Position numbers and translations under genes: made by a program. Source: Candidatus Cloacimonadota bacterium (GTDB lineage: Bacteria; Cloacimonadota; Cloacimonadia; Cloacimonadales; TCS61). Taken from it: DNA of 64,000 nt. The notes below the pieces were generated by a model. It saw only the letters and a program-made list of their open reading frames with translations, made no database searches and was not told the origin of the DNA. Below are positions 48,414-60,858 of the stretch, in pieces; the stretch's first letter is position 1, and every line of letters begins with the position of its first letter. The stretch covers positions 12,227 through 76,226 of the forward strand of contig JAGYMQ010000143.1 in NCBI GenBank assembly GCA_018400535.1, written 5' to 3'.

Positions 48414-48887
48414 TCATTTATTTTCGATCTCCTTCAAAAGTTGAATCATTTCCAATGCGCTGATCGCAGCATCCCAACCACGATTACCAGATTTCGTCCC
48501 GGCTCTTTCGATCGCCTGTTCGATGGTGTCGCTCGTGATCACACCAAAAATTACTGGAAATCCAGCATCCAATCCAACTTTGGCGATGCCTTTACTCATC
48601 TCGGAGCTGACATAATCGAAGTGCGGTGTTGCTCCGCGAATGACCGCACCAAGACAAATGACAGCATCAAATTGTTTTTTTTCAACAAGTTTTTTTGCTA
48701 TCAAGGGAAGTTCAAAAGCACCCGGCACCCAAACTACTGAAATATCCTTTTCCTGCACTTCATGACGCTTTAGTGCATCGAGCGCTCCTGCTAACAATTT
48801 GGATGAGATAAATTCGTTGAATCGTCCCACAATGACGGCGATTTTAACATTTTTTCCGATCAATTTTCCTTCAATTCTTTTCACCAT
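48414..48887 (-). CDS. ribH: 6,7-dimethyl-8-ribityllumazine synthase
   Basis: [20 protein letters not shown] and HFDYV motifs. The ATG at 48887 lies 4 nt after GGAGGA and is preferred over the ATG at 48899. Confidence 0.93.
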   Translation of the reverse strand: MVKRIEGKLIGKNVKIAVIVGRFNEFISSKLLAGALDALKRHEVQEKDISVVWVPGAFELPLIAKKLVEKKQFDAVICLGAVIRGATPHFDYVSSEMSKGIAKVGLDAGFPVIFGVITSDTIEQAIERAGTKSGNRGWDAAISALEMIQLLKEIENK

Positions 48888-48904
48888 TTTTTCCTCCATG
48901 ATTT

Positions 48905-50116
48905 CTATGATTTAACAGAAACATTTTTAAGCAGATGTCCCATTTTATTTTTTTTTGTTTTCAGATAATTTTCATTATTGCAATTTGGTTTGATCTCGAG
49001 TGGAACTCGATCGACAGCGATATTATATTTTTTTAATTCATTAATTTTGAAGGGATTATTTGTCAGCAATTCTACAGAATTAATCTTTTGATCTTGTAAA
49101 ATATCTGCTGCAATTTTGAATTCACGTAGTTCTGCTGGAAAACCCAGAACTTTATTCGCCTCGACCGTATCCAATCCTTTATCCTGCAGTTCATAAGCTT
49201 TTAATTTATTGGAAAGACCGATACCGCGTCCTTCTTGCCGCAAATAGATCAAAATACCTTCACCTTTCTTTTCGATCTTCTCTAAAGCCGTTGCCAGTTG
49301 ATCTCCACAGTCACAACGTAAACTGCCCAATAGATCACCCGTGAAACATTCAGAATGGATGCGACAAAGCACAGGTTCTTTGCTTTTGGCGGGATTTCCT
49401 TTCACCAGAGCAAGATGAGGTTCATTCGAGCGCAGGCTTGTATAACTGAATAAACGAAAATTTCCCCATTTTGTCGGTAGATTAATATTCGTAGTTTCTC
49501 GTTGCACACAGGAGCGCTTATTTTTCTGATACTCGATGATATCTTGAATCGATATGATCTTTAAATGCCACTTTTTAGCAAAATTTTGTAAATCTGGTAA
49601 ACGCGCCATCGTTCCATCATGATTAATGATTTCACAGATAACGCCAGTCGGTTGAAGTCCCGCTAACTCCAGCAATTCGATCGTTGCTTCAGTATGACCA
49701 GCTCTTTGCAAAATACCTTTTCTTTTTGCCTGCAAAGGGAAAATATGACCGGGACGGCGAAAATCTTTTGCACGATTTTTGGGATTGCTCAATTCTTTGA
49801 TCGTCCGCGCGCGATCATAAGCTGAGATTCCTGTTGTATTGGAAATGTGATCCACACTTATTGTGAAAGCAGTTTGATGATTATCTGTGTTTTTGCAAAC
49901 CATCTGTTCCAATTCTAAACGATTAAGATCGTCTTTTTTCATCGGAACGCAGACCAATCCCTTTGCTTCGGAGATCATGAAATTTATTTTTTTCGGTGTA
50001 ACGAATTCTGCTGCCAGCACCAGATCGCCCTCATTTTCGCGATCTTCATCATCGATAACGATGATCATATTCCCCTGCTGCAGCTCGCTCAAAGCTTCTT
50101 CAATTTTTTTAAACAT
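48905..50116 (-). CDS. ribBA: Bifunctional 3,4-dihydroxy-2-butanone-4-phosphate synthase / GTP cyclohydrolase II
   Basis: DHBP synthase motif [16 protein letters not shown] zinc motif [21 protein letters not shown]. Confidence 0.95.
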   Translation of the reverse strand: MFKKIEEALSELQQGNMIIVIDDEDRENEGDLVLAAEFVTPKKINFMISEAKGLVCVPMKKDDLNRLELEQMVCKNTDNHQTAFTISVDHISNTTGISAYDRARTIKELSNPKNRAKDFRRPGHIFPLQAKRKGILQRAGHTEATIELLELAGLQPTGVICEIINHDGTMARLPDLQNFAKKWHLKIISIQDIIEYQKNKRSCVQRETTNINLPTKWGNFRLFSYTSLRSNEPHLALVKGNPAKSKEPVLCRIHSECFTGDLLGSLRCDCGDQLATALEKIEKKGEGILIYLRQEGRGIGLSNKLKAYELQDKGLDTVEANKVLGFPAELREFKIAADILQDQKINSVELLTNNPFKINELKKYNIAVDRVPLEIKPNCNNENYLKTKKNKMGHLLKNVSVKS

Positions 50117-50123
50117 TGTTTCC

Positions 50124-50753
50124 TCAAATGTAGCCCTGCTCTGCCAAAAATTCGACAGTCAGGTCCTTTTTTACATCCTTTTTTATCCAAAAATTATATA
50201 AATATTTTCCAATCAGATCAAATTCTGTATTGATTTGATCACCTACTTTGGCAAATTTCAGATTCGTGTGTTGCCAGGTTTCTGGAATCAGTGAAACTTC
50301 GAAAAAATCCTTTCCAATTGCAGCAACTGTTAAGCTGATGCCATTCAAGGCGATTGAACCTTCTGGTATCAAAAATTTTCTTTTTGCTTCGGGCAATTCA
50401 AACCTGATAATATTTGCAGATCCTGATCGATAAATCTTCTGGATTGAGACAGTTCCATCAATATGACCGCTCACCAAATGTCCTCCCAATCTGTTATCCA
50501 GACGCAGAGCACGCTCCAGATTGACATATTCCATTCTCTGCATTTTTCCCAGATTGGATTTTTCCAAAGTGATCGGCATTACATCAGCTGAAATTGAATT
50601 AGTAGTAAATTCGCTAATTGTAAGGCAAACGCCGTTTACTGAAACACTTTCACCGATCTTGATATTTTCCAGGATCTTATCGCAGGAAATTTTGATCGTA
50701 TTATTCTTTTGAACGATAATCTTTCCTATTTCTTCAATCAAACCTGTGAACAT
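50124..50753 (-). CDS. ribE: Riboflavin synthase
   Basis: MFTGLIEEIG N-terminus, duplicated lumazine-binding halves, GHLVSGHIDG. Confidence 0.93.
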   Translation of the reverse strand: MFTGLIEEIGKIIVQKNNTIKISCDKILENIKIGESVSVNGVCLTISEFTTNSISADVMPITLEKSNLGKMQRMEYVNLERALRLDNRLGGHLVSGHIDGTVSIQKIYRSGSANIIRFELPEAKRKFLIPEGSIALNGISLTVAAIGKDFFEVSLIPETWQHTNLKFAKVGDQINTEFDLIGKYLYNFWIKKDVKKDLTVEFLAEQGYI

Positions 50754-50763
50754 TTTTACCTCG

Positions 50764-51861
50764 CTATTTCAAATATCCAGTCCAGAGAACATTTTTTTCC
50801 AGTTTATCAATTTTTATTGATTGCAATTTGACGGCAGCTTTGATCGAATTGATCTGTAAATCTTGAAGAAATGGTATTCCCGCATTTCCCAGAAAAATTG
50901 GTGCAGAAAAAAGATGAAATTTATTGATGACTCTTGCCTGCAAAAATTCTGTGAATATTTTGCTTCCACCTTCGATCAGCAGACTTGTTATCTCTTTTTT
51001 GCCTAATTTGTACAAAAGCTGTGACAGATCAATTGCATTTTTTTTTCCTGCAACAGCGATCAATTCGATTTTTTTTTCTTGGAATTCAGCTTTTTTCTCT
51101 GCGGTCAGAAAATCATGATGACAAGCAATGATCAATGATCTTGTAATTGAATTTTTATAAACTTTTTTATTAGAAATTTCTTGTGCTGCAATATCCAATT
51201 TTGGAATTATTATGATCTTTTGTGGCCCTTCCCAAATTTTTTCTAAACGAACATTTAATGATGGATCGTCTTTTAAAAACGTATTTTTGCCAATTAAGAT
51301 CGCATCAACAAAACTGCGGAGCTGATGAACTTTCTGTCGTGATATTTCGTTGGAGATCCATTTGGAATCTCCATTTGTTGCAGCAATTTTTCCATCCAAA
51401 GAAAGTGCTGCTTTTGCGATCACAAAAGGAGTTTTGGTTCGAATATAATGTAAAAAAACTTCATTTTGCTGTTGCGCTTCAGCCTGCCTTTGACCTATTT
51501 GCACATCAATTCCAGCAGCACGCAAACGAGCAATTCCTTTCCCTGCTACTAAGGGATTTGGATCTTGCAACGCAATCACAACTTTTCTAATACCAGCTGC
51601 AATAATCTGCTCTGTACAAGGTGGTGTTTTTCCGTGATGACAGCACGGTTCCAAAGTTACGAACATTGTGGCATTTTTTGAATTCTCTCCCGCTTCTTTT
51701 AAAGCAAAAACTTCAGCGTGTGATTCTCCAGCTTTTTGATGTGCACCTTTTCCAATGATCTTGCCGTTCTTGACAATGACCGCTCCTACCAGCGGGTTTG
51801 GTGAAGTTTTACCACGATATTTTTCGGCAAGCTCCAAAGCCAATTTCATATAATCCATCAT
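50764..51861 (-). CDS. ribD: Bifunctional diaminohydroxyphosphoribosylaminopyrimidine deaminase / 5-amino-6-(5-phosphoribosylamino)uracil reductase
   Basis: Deaminase zinc motifs HAEVFAL and TLEPCCHHGKTPPC, plus a C-terminal reductase domain. Confidence 0.93.
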   Translation of the reverse strand: MMDYMKLALELAEKYRGKTSPNPLVGAVIVKNGKIIGKGAHQKAGESHAEVFALKEAGENSKNATMFVTLEPCCHHGKTPPCTEQIIAAGIRKVVIALQDPNPLVAGKGIARLRAAGIDVQIGQRQAEAQQQNEVFLHYIRTKTPFVIAKAALSLDGKIAATNGDSKWISNEISRQKVHQLRSFVDAILIGKNTFLKDDPSLNVRLEKIWEGPQKIIIIPKLDIAAQEISNKKVYKNSITRSLIIACHHDFLTAEKKAEFQEKKIELIAVAGKKNAIDLSQLLYKLGKKEITSLLIEGGSKIFTEFLQARVINKFHLFSAPIFLGNAGIPFLQDLQINSIKAAVKLQSIKIDKLEKNVLWTGYLK

Positions 51862-51910
51862 AATTCCTTTGGGCAGTTGTTTGTTCAGGAGAATAGTGAC
51901 CGATGAAGGG

Positions 51911-52060
51911 ATAAAAAAAATACCCCGCTCATCGGGGCTTTATATCTTCTCCCGTCCAGACTTCTACTGTCGGTTTCGGAATTTCACCGAATCGATCAGG
52001 CAAATCCTGATTCACGGACTATCACCGCCGGTCGGGAATTCAACCCTGCCCCGAAGATAT
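51911..52060 (-). promoter_or_regulatory. FMN riboswitch (RFN element) with an intrinsic terminator expression platform, controlling ribD-ribE-ribBA-ribH
   Basis: The minus strand reads atatcttcGGGGCAGGGTtGAATTCCCGACCGGCGGTgatAGTCCgtgaa...GGTGAAATTCCgaaaCCGACAGTagAAGTCTGGAcGGGAGAAGATAT, matching the conserved RFN core. P1 is atatcttc/gaagatat. The terminator ccccgatgagcgggg plus T8 follows at 51913-51937. Confidence 0.9.
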
Positions 52061-52219
52061 TTTCAATACTTGAATCCAGAAATAATCAGCTTTAATAGAG
52101 TCAAGAAAAAAGTGTTTTAAACAAGAATTATTTTTTTTCTGAGCAGAGAGAATACCAAGATTATTGCTTGAAATTTTTCTTGACGCTAATCGAGAGGAAA
52201 ATTTTTCATACTTTTTTGT

Positions 52220-52307
52220 GCAGAAGTGGTGAAATTGGTAGACACGCTAGGTTCAGGGTCTAGTGGGCAATACGCCTGTAGGGGTTCGAGTCCCCTCTTC
52301 TGCACCA
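52220..52307 (+). tRNA. tRNA-Leu (anticodon CAG), class II with long variable arm, CCA encoded
   Basis: Acceptor stem GCAGAAG/CTTCTGC, D-loop AATTGGTAGA, anticodon loop TTCAGGG, T-arm GGGGTTCGAGTCCCC, 3' ACCA. It closely resembles my recollection of E. coli tRNA-Leu(CAG). Confidence 0.95.
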
Positions 52308-52420
52308 TTTTATTTTTTAGGAAAATGAAAAATCAAATGGTGGTAAAAAACAATTAGACGGTAAAATAAAAAAGCTTCAGAAAACGAATTTGCATTAATT
52401 TGGTGATTAAAATTTCTTTT

Positions 52421-53041
52421 TCATTCTTTCTTATCACTGCGGATGAAGGGAATATTCTTATTCAGGAAGTTAATATTACAAGTTTCATTTTTTGCTTCCA
52501 GTTTTGGGAAGAAAATGAATCCAGATTTTTGAGCACCGGGTTTGATACTTCCAAAATTGAACGAATAAGTTATCAAGTTTCTTTTTGCTTCGCGCCATTG
52601 TTCAAGAAACTCATTGCGGTCATTTTTCATTTCGTCCAGAAGCGAATCATTATCAAAAATATCGTTGTCTTCAATGTTGGAGATCAGCAAATATTCCAAT
52701 TGTTTAGGTAACAGCATTTTTTCGATGTAGTTCATACTGACGGGATCAAATTGATTTTCTCTTTCATCCAACAAGCTGATATCATCAGCACTGATATTGA
52801 TTACATCAGCAGAATGATTTTTTATTGTAACATAAAAAGTAGTAAAATAATCTGTTAGATTTTGAGGTTCTTTTATCCAATATCTATTTTCGACAGCGAT
52901 CGTCATCTCATTTGTTTTAAAGACGGCAAAATCTTCCGTGATGGTTATCTCAGGAGAAGGAACGGGTAAGTATTTTATGGAACAACCAAAACTAAAAAAA
53001 ATCAAACCCGAAAAAATTGCAATGATCAGTTTATTTTTCAT
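52421..53041 (-). CDS. Lipoprotein of unknown function
   Basis: Signal peptide with lipobox MKNKLIIAIFSGLIFFSFGC. GGAG lies 8 nt upstream of the ATG at 53041. The ORF-track extension to 53125 runs through the gyrA terminator. Confidence 0.6.
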   Translation of the reverse strand: MKNKLIIAIFSGLIFFSFGCSIKYLPVPSPEITITEDFAVFKTNEMTIAVENRYWIKEPQNLTDYFTTFYVTIKNHSADVINISADDISLLDERENQFDPVSMNYIEKMLLPKQLEYLLISNIEDNDIFDNDSLLDEMKNDRNEFLEQWREAKRNLITYSFNFGSIKPGAQKSGFIFFPKLEAKNETCNINFLNKNIPFIRSDKKE

Positions 53042-53052
53042 AATAATTCTCC

Positions 53053-53093
53053 AAAAAAAAAGGATAGAGATGAATTCTATCTCTATCCTTTTT
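53053..53093 (-). terminator. Rho-independent terminator of gyrBA
   Basis: Perfect 13-bp stem aaaggatagagat / atctctatccttt with a 7-nt loop. The plus-strand A-run gives a U-tract on the minus transcript. Confidence 0.75.
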
Positions 53094-53102
53094 AACGTCA
53101 AT

Positions 53103-55655
53103 TTAGTCGTCAAGTCCAAAATCAATTTCTAATTCATCTGAGATATCTTTGTTTTCTGGGTTCTCTTCATTACCCTTTTCATGTTTTTCTTTTTCTTTAT
53201 CCTTTTCTTCAGCTTCTTCGATCTCTTTTTCTTCTTCAGTGAAGATCCGTGCCACATCATAGACCTGATCTTCGTTATTGAGTGAGATCAATCTCACGCC
53301 TTGAGTATTTCTTCCGATCACTGAAATTCTATCTACTGCTTGCCTTATCACCATACCTTCTTTAGTCACGATCATCAAATCATCATTATCTACTACTTCC
53401 AATAGTGAGATCAATTTACCATTTCTTTCTGTCGTTTTGAGTGTAATCACGCCTTTTGATCCTCTTTTGGTAACTTTGTAGTCAGATATTTCGGTGCGTT
53501 TACCGTAGCCATTTTCGCTGATGGAAAGTAATGTTCCTTCTCTTTTGATCACGACCATAGCAACCACTCTATCATCACCTCGCAAGGTTATTCCACGCAC
53601 GCCTTGCGAATTTCTTCCCATCGCTCTGGCATCAGTTTCATGGAATCTATTGGCAAAGCCATTTCTTGTTGCCAGGATAATATCATTATCGCCTTCCGTG
53701 ATCTTTGCGTCGATCAATTGATCATTTTCAACGAGTTTGATCGCAATGATGCCAGTTACACGTGGATGTGAAAAAGCGCTGAGTTCTGATTTTTTTATTC
53801 TACCATTTTTAGTAGCCATCGTCACGAAATGAGGAGAAGCAAAATCTCTCACCGTCACGTAAGCTTCCAATTTTTCATCTTTTTCCATTTGCAGCAGATT
53901 CACGATAGCTTTTCCGCGCGCCAGGCGACTGACTTTTGGGATTTGATGAACTTTCAGCCAGTGACATTTTCCCAGATCGGTGAAGAAGAGAATATAGGCA
54001 TGAGTGGAAGCTACGAAAATGCTTTCGATAAAATCTTCTTCTTTCAAATTACCACCAGCAAGACCTTTTCCACCTCGGCCTTGTTTGCGATAAGTTCGGA
54101 TCGGCAATCTTCTGATATAACCTTGATGGCTGATCAACACGACCATATCTTCGTCAGCGATCATATCTTCGGTATTGATCAATCCTGAACCTTCGAGGAT
54201 CGTTGTTCTTCTGAGATCAGAATATTTTTCTTTGATCTCATTGATCTCTCGTTTTATGATTTTCATGCGTAATTCTTTTTGTGCCAGAATTTCACGTAAT
54301 TTTTTAACTGTTTTCACGATCTCTCGATATTCATCTTCGATTTTTTCGCGTTCCAGTCCGATCAATTTCTGTAATCGCATGTCTAAAATCGCTTTCGCTT
54401 GTATTTCGGACAATTCGAATTTATTTTGTAAATTTTTCAATGCATCTTCTGTTGTTTTGGAATTGCGGATCGTTTCGATCACTTCATCGATGTTATCCAA
54501 AGCGATGCGATATCCTTCCAAAATATGCATTCTCTTTTCTGCTTTATCCAGTTCAAATTCTGTACGCCGCACCACTACTTCATGACGAAAATCAACATAG
54601 TTTTTGATCAGATCTTTAATATTTTGGATTTTAGGAACGCCATCGACGAGTGCTCGATTATTGACGCTGAAACTTGTTTGTAATTGGGTGAATTTATATA
54701 ATTTTTGAAGAACAGAATCTGCTTCATAATTTCGCTTTATCGTGATCACCAAGCGCATTCCCTGTCTGCCAGATTCATCTCTGATATCGCTGATGCCATC
54801 GATTTTTTTTGATTTGACGACTTGCACGATTTTTTCGATGAGCGTTGTTTTGGAAACCATGTACGGAATTTCTGTGACAACGATCATTTCAGTACCATTA
54901 TTTTTTTTCTCAATCGCTGCCTTACCACGCATTATGATGCGACCATGACCTGTATTGAAATAATTGACAATTCCTTTTTTACCGATGATGTAACCGCCGG
55001 TAGGAAAATCTGGTCCCTGAATATAATTCATAAATTCGGTCGGTGTGATTTCGGGATTATCGACATAAGCATTGATCGCATCACAGACTTCTCCGACATT
55101 ATGAGGTGGCATATTCGTGGCCATTCCGACTGCAATTCCGGAACTTCCATTAACTATTAGATTGGGAAATTTTGATGGAAATACAACTGGTTCTTCTCGC
55201 GTTTCGTCATAGTTTGGATGAAAATCGACAGTATTTTTTTCCAAATCTTCCATAAGATCGATCGAAGCTTTTTGCAAGCGTGCTTCGGTATAGCGCATAG
55301 CTGCTGGTGGATCGCCATCCTGCGATCCAAAATTTCCCTGACCTTCGATCAGCATATAACGCAAGCTCCAGGGTTGCGCCATTCTTACAAGTGTGGGATA
55401 AACGACTTGCTCGCCATGCGGATGGAAATTTCCAGAAGTATCACCAGCAATTTTTGCACATTTTCTGAAACCTTTACCAGGTTGCAAATTCAATTGTTTC
55501 ATAGCATATAAAATCCTGCGTTGAGAAGGTTTCAAACCATCACGAACATCAGGCAAAGCTCTGGAAACGATCACGCTCATCGAATATTCTAAATAGGATC
55601 TTTTCAAAACATCTTCGATTTCCAATAATTCAATTCTTGATCTATCGTGTATCAT
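53103..55655 (-). CDS. gyrA: DNA gyrase subunit A
   Basis: Active-site region [10 protein letters not shown], six C-terminal beta-pinwheel repeats, acidic Glu/Lys-rich tail. Confidence 0.97.
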   Translation of the reverse strand: MIHDRSRIELLEIEDVLKRSYLEYSMSVIVSRALPDVRDGLKPSQRRILYAMKQLNLQPGKGFRKCAKIAGDTSGNFHPHGEQVVYPTLVRMAQPWSLRYMLIEGQGNFGSQDGDPPAAMRYTEARLQKASIDLMEDLEKNTVDFHPNYDETREEPVVFPSKFPNLIVNGSSGIAVGMATNMPPHNVGEVCDAINAYVDNPEITPTEFMNYIQGPDFPTGGYIIGKKGIVNYFNTGHGRIIMRGKAAIEKKNNGTEMIVVTEIPYMVSKTTLIEKIVQVVKSKKIDGISDIRDESGRQGMRLVITIKRNYEADSVLQKLYKFTQLQTSFSVNNRALVDGVPKIQNIKDLIKNYVDFRHEVVVRRTEFELDKAEKRMHILEGYRIALDNIDEVIETIRNSKTTEDALKNLQNKFELSEIQAKAILDMRLQKLIGLEREKIEDEYREIVKTVKKLREILAQKELRMKIIKREINEIKEKYSDLRRTTILEGSGLINTEDMIADEDMVVLISHQGYIRRLPIRTYRKQGRGGKGLAGGNLKEEDFIESIFVASTHAYILFFTDLGKCHWLKVHQIPKVSRLARGKAIVNLLQMEKDEKLEAYVTVRDFASPHFVTMATKNGRIKKSELSAFSHPRVTGIIAIKLVENDQLIDAKITEGDNDIILATRNGFANRFHETDARAMGRNSQGVRGITLRGDDRVVAMVVIKREGTLLSISENGYGKRTEISDYKVTKRGSKGVITLKTTERNGKLISLLEVVDNDDLMIVTKEGMVIRQAVDRISVIGRNTQGVRLISLNNEDQVYDVARIFTEEEKEIEEAEEKDKEKEKHEKGNEENPENKDISDELEIDFGLDD

Positions 55656-55665
55656 TTTTTCCTCT

Positions 55666-57579
<1,914 letters not shown>

Positions 57580-57856
57580 TTATTTGAATTAATTCAATCT
57601 CGAAAATTCGCGTTGAATTTAAGAACTATAAGTTTTTTAATTGAAAAAGTGTCAACTATTTTATTTGCATAAAGTTAGCGATAATGAAGTCAATTGATAA
57701 TTCTACTTTAAGAGATTTATAACTTATTTAATCACAGCAAGATAGCAGAGAGAAATAATTTATTCAGAAAAATGAGCAAAATTATTTTTTTTTTGGGAAA
57801 TTTTAAGTGATAATATTTTTCAAAAACACGAACAAAAAGAGGCGTCTAATATCGAT

Positions 57857-58438
57857 CTATTCTTCCAGTAATTGCTTCCATTTATCCTGAGATTGATTAG
57901 ATGATCGATATTTTCCCAAACTCACAATAATATCCACTTCACTGCTCTTTGGCACCATTTCATCTGCCATCGGACGCGAATAAATAACTTTGTCCTTTTG
58001 CACCTCTTCGGAATAGCGGTAGATCTTCTCGCCCAATTGTAAACCCACATTTGATAATCGCAATCTTGCTTGCAGGATCGTGAGATTTTCCAAAAATGGA
58101 ATTCGGACATGTTGAGGACCACTGCTCACAACAACTTCAATCGTTCGATGTTTTTTGGTTGTTATCGCCGGATGCGGTTTTTGGGAAATGATCTTTCCTT
58201 TTTCAATATTTTCATCTGAGATTGTATCAATTTTTTTTACGTATAATTTCAGGTCACCGCATTTTTTCCGGGCTACATCGTAATCCATATTGATAATGTT
58301 TGGAACATCCACTTCGTTTCTGTGTCCGACGAGTAATTTCATGATCAGGTCTGTGCTGAAAAATGCGATCAAAAAAACAACGATCAAAATGCCGATAGCT
58401 GCTAAGAAAGCGGGAATTTTTTTTTGGTTTTTTTTCAT
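57857..58438 (-). CDS. Membrane-anchored protein made only of two PASTA domains
   Basis: One N-terminal TM segment (IPAFLAAIGILIVVFLIAFF), then two PASTA-like units: VDVPNIINMDYDVARKK...GKIISQKP...IEVVVSSG and VRIPFLENLTILQARLRL...DKVIYSRP...VDIIVSLG. Confidence 0.75.
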   Translation of the reverse strand: MKKNQKKIPAFLAAIGILIVVFLIAFFSTDLIMKLLVGHRNEVDVPNIINMDYDVARKKCGDLKLYVKKIDTISDENIEKGKIISQKPHPAITTKKHRTIEVVVSSGPQHVRIPFLENLTILQARLRLSNVGLQLGEKIYRYSEEVQKDKVIYSRPMADEMVPKSSEVDIIVSLGKYRSSNQSQDKWKQLLEE

Positions 58439-58440
58439 GA

Positions 58441-59760
58441 TCAATCCTCTTTTTGCATTTTTGCTGCGAAAGCGCCATCCATATTATGCAGGAATGGAAG
58501 CGTTTTCAAAAAACCATTTTCTGTGATTTCTTTGGGCAAATGTTTGTTTGCTGGGATCAAATTGAAATTTTTATTTTTTTCGAGAAAATCTGAAACCATT
58601 TTTTCATTTTCTTCTTCATTCAAGGTGCAAGTGCTGTAGATCAAGAACCCACCTGGCGTTACAAATTCTGCGCCACGTTTCAAAGCATTACGCTGTAGTT
58701 TCAAAATCTCTTTCATATTCTGATTCTTTTGCCAGCGCAACTCTGCTTTTTTTTGCAGAACACCCCAACCTGAGCAAGGAACATCCAATAATACAAAATC
58801 ATAAGCAGGCGCGATCGGACCGTATTTAAAGGCATCTTCTGTGATCGTCTTCACATTTTTCAGTTTCAATCTTCTGATCGCTCTTTTGATCTTTTTGGTT
58901 TTATTGGGAATTTTATCTACCGCGATGATCTCGCCTGAATTTTCCATTTTTTCGGCAATATAAGAAGTTTTGCCACCAGGAGCTGCAAAAAGATCAAGCA
59001 CAGAAGCTTTTTTTTGCGGTTGCATCAATTCGATGACAAGAGCTGCAGAACTATCTTGGATGGAATATTTTCCAGATTCGAAGGCAGGATCATTCAAAAT
59101 TTTGCGGGCTTGATTAGAGATCAATACATCCGATGAAAATTCGCTTTCCTTGAATAGAATGCTTCGATCATTGAAATAACGCATCAGTTCAGATTTTTGT
59201 TGAGCTAATCTATTATTTCTGACGTGAAGCTGGGGTACATCATTTGAATACATACAAAATTCTTCAGCGCGATCTTCTCCCCAATTTTCAATCCAAGCTT
59301 CCACCATTTTTTGCGGAAAGGAATATTCCAAAGATAATCTTTCACTCGTTTTTTGGGGATAATTTATAATTGGAGATTTTTGATAGGATCGTAATACTGC
59401 ATTTACAAAATTAGCGATTTTCTGATTATAAAGATCTTTTGCCAGCTTCACCGTTTCATTCACAGCAGCATGTTCGGGAATATTATCGCTGTAACGCATT
59501 TGATACAATCCTAAATACAACAAGTATTTTATCTTATCGTCGGTTTTGCAGAATTTTTTTGGATCGGTGAATTGAGAAGCTATGAACTCAAGATTTTTCT
59601 GCATTTTGATCACGCCTTTGACCATAAAATACAAAAGGTCAGCATTTTTTCCTGCTGAATGCAATTTCCTGGTCATTTGTTTGAGTAATTTATCAGAAAA
59701 AATATTTTTTGAGAGGACTTTCTTGATGATCAAATAAGCTTCTTTGCGAATATTTATCAT
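58441..59760 (-). CDS. rsmB: 16S rRNA (cytosine967-C5)-methyltransferase
   Basis: N-terminal NusB-like domain. SAM motif DLFAAPGGKTS. Catalytic DVPCSGWGV and YSTCT motifs. Confidence 0.9.
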   Translation of the reverse strand: MINIRKEAYLIIKKVLSKNIFSDKLLKQMTRKLHSAGKNADLLYFMVKGVIKMQKNLEFIASQFTDPKKFCKTDDKIKYLLYLGLYQMRYSDNIPEHAAVNETVKLAKDLYNQKIANFVNAVLRSYQKSPIINYPQKTSERLSLEYSFPQKMVEAWIENWGEDRAEEFCMYSNDVPQLHVRNNRLAQQKSELMRYFNDRSILFKESEFSSDVLISNQARKILNDPAFESGKYSIQDSSAALVIELMQPQKKASVLDLFAAPGGKTSYIAEKMENSGEIIAVDKIPNKTKKIKRAIRRLKLKNVKTITEDAFKYGPIAPAYDFVLLDVPCSGWGVLQKKAELRWQKNQNMKEILKLQRNALKRGAEFVTPGGFLIYSTCTLNEEENEKMVSDFLEKNKNFNLIPANKHLPKEITENGFLKTLPFLHNMDGAFAAKMQKED

Positions 59761-59762
59761 AT

Positions 59763-60368
59763 TTATCTCTTTTTATACAATGTTTTTATTGCTGCCTTGA
59801 TAATCTCCTCAGAGCTTTTGAAATTATTTTCTTTCAATAATTTACGCAAGGTTTTTGCAACGATGAATTTTTTGTAGCCCAAAGTTATCAAAGCAGACTC
59901 TGCTTCAGAAAATAAGGTATTTGTTTCTTCCATTTCTGGAATAGAACTTCCTTTGATCTCGATTTCGTTGATCTTATCTTTTAATTCTATGATCAAGCGT
60001 TCTGCAGATTTTTTTCCAATGCCGGGCACGGTGGAAAGCAAGCTGACATCTTTCGTCTGAATTGCCATGATCAGGTCTTCCAGTTTAAGTGCGGAAAGTA
60101 TGGAAAGAGCGATCTTTGGTCCAATCTTTGAAATGTTTAATAATTTTCCAAACATCTCTTTTTCATTTTTGGAAATAAAACCAAAGAGTTTAACACCATC
60201 ATTTTCATTGAAAGAATAATGAATATGAAGCTGCGTTATCTCGCCAGTTGCTGGCAAAATGTCAAATGTTGTGAGTGGTATATTTACTTCAAATCCCACA
60301 CCATTGCAAAGCAAAATTACTTTTACTGGTTTTTTATTTATTATCTTTCCTTCAAGATAGGCGATCAT
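59763..60368 (-). CDS. ruvA: Holliday junction branch migration complex subunit RuvA
   Basis: MIAYLEGKI N-terminus, HhH motifs (VPGIGKKSAERLI), ~200 aa, directly downstream of ruvC. Confidence 0.9.
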   Translation of the reverse strand: MIAYLEGKIINKKPVKVILLCNGVGFEVNIPLTTFDILPATGEITQLHIHYSFNENDGVKLFGFISKNEKEMFGKLLNISKIGPKIALSILSALKLEDLIMAIQTKDVSLLSTVPGIGKKSAERLIIELKDKINEIEIKGSSIPEMEETNTLFSEAESALITLGYKKFIVAKTLRKLLKENNFKSSEEIIKAAIKTLYKKR

Positions 60369-60844
60369 AAGCGATATTTTTCTTTGTTATATTCACAAAG
60401 AGCAACGGCAAGGGCGTCCGTTGCATCTTGAGTTTTTTGAGTGATATCAATGTTCAAAATATGTTTAACCATATATTTTACTTGTTCTTTGGCAGCATTT
60501 CCATTTCCTACGACAGCTTTTTTCACTTCCCGGGGAGAGAATTCTCTGATCTCGATATTTTGATTTGCCAGAGCCAACATCATCGTTCCTCGAGCATGTC
60601 CCAAAGTGAAAGCGGATTTGATGTTCTTGCCATAAAAAATTGTTTCTATAGCTGCAATGTCAGGTTTATATTCTTTGATGATCCTATTCATTTCACGATA
60701 AATTTCAGTCAATCTTTCTGCTAATATTAATTTTCTTGAAATTTTTACCGAGTCACAACCAGCAGCAACGATTTGTCTTTTGTTCAATTGCAAAATGCCA
60801 TATCCAAAATTATAACTTCCCGGATCGATTCCTAATATCGTCAA
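60365..60844 (-). CDS. ruvC: Crossover junction endodeoxyribonuclease RuvC
   Basis: ILGIDPGS N-terminus, catalytic acidic residues in conserved context (AIETIFYGKN; DATDALAVALC). Confidence 0.92.
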   Translation of the reverse strand: MTILGIDPGSYNFGYGILQLNKRQIVAAGCDSVKISRKLILAERLTEIYREMNRIIKEYKPDIAAIETIFYGKNIKSAFTLGHARGTMMLALANQNIEIREFSPREVKKAVVGNGNAAKEQVKYMVKHILNIDITQKTQDATDALAVALCEYNKEKYRL

Positions 60845-60858
60845 TTAATCACCCTTGA

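Noticed and set aside
48216-48740. 174-aa plus-strand ORF spanning the apbE start, the apbE-ribH spacer and much of ribH.
   Set aside because: It runs antisense to two confidently identified genes. It has no RBS or motif and a non-protein-like composition.
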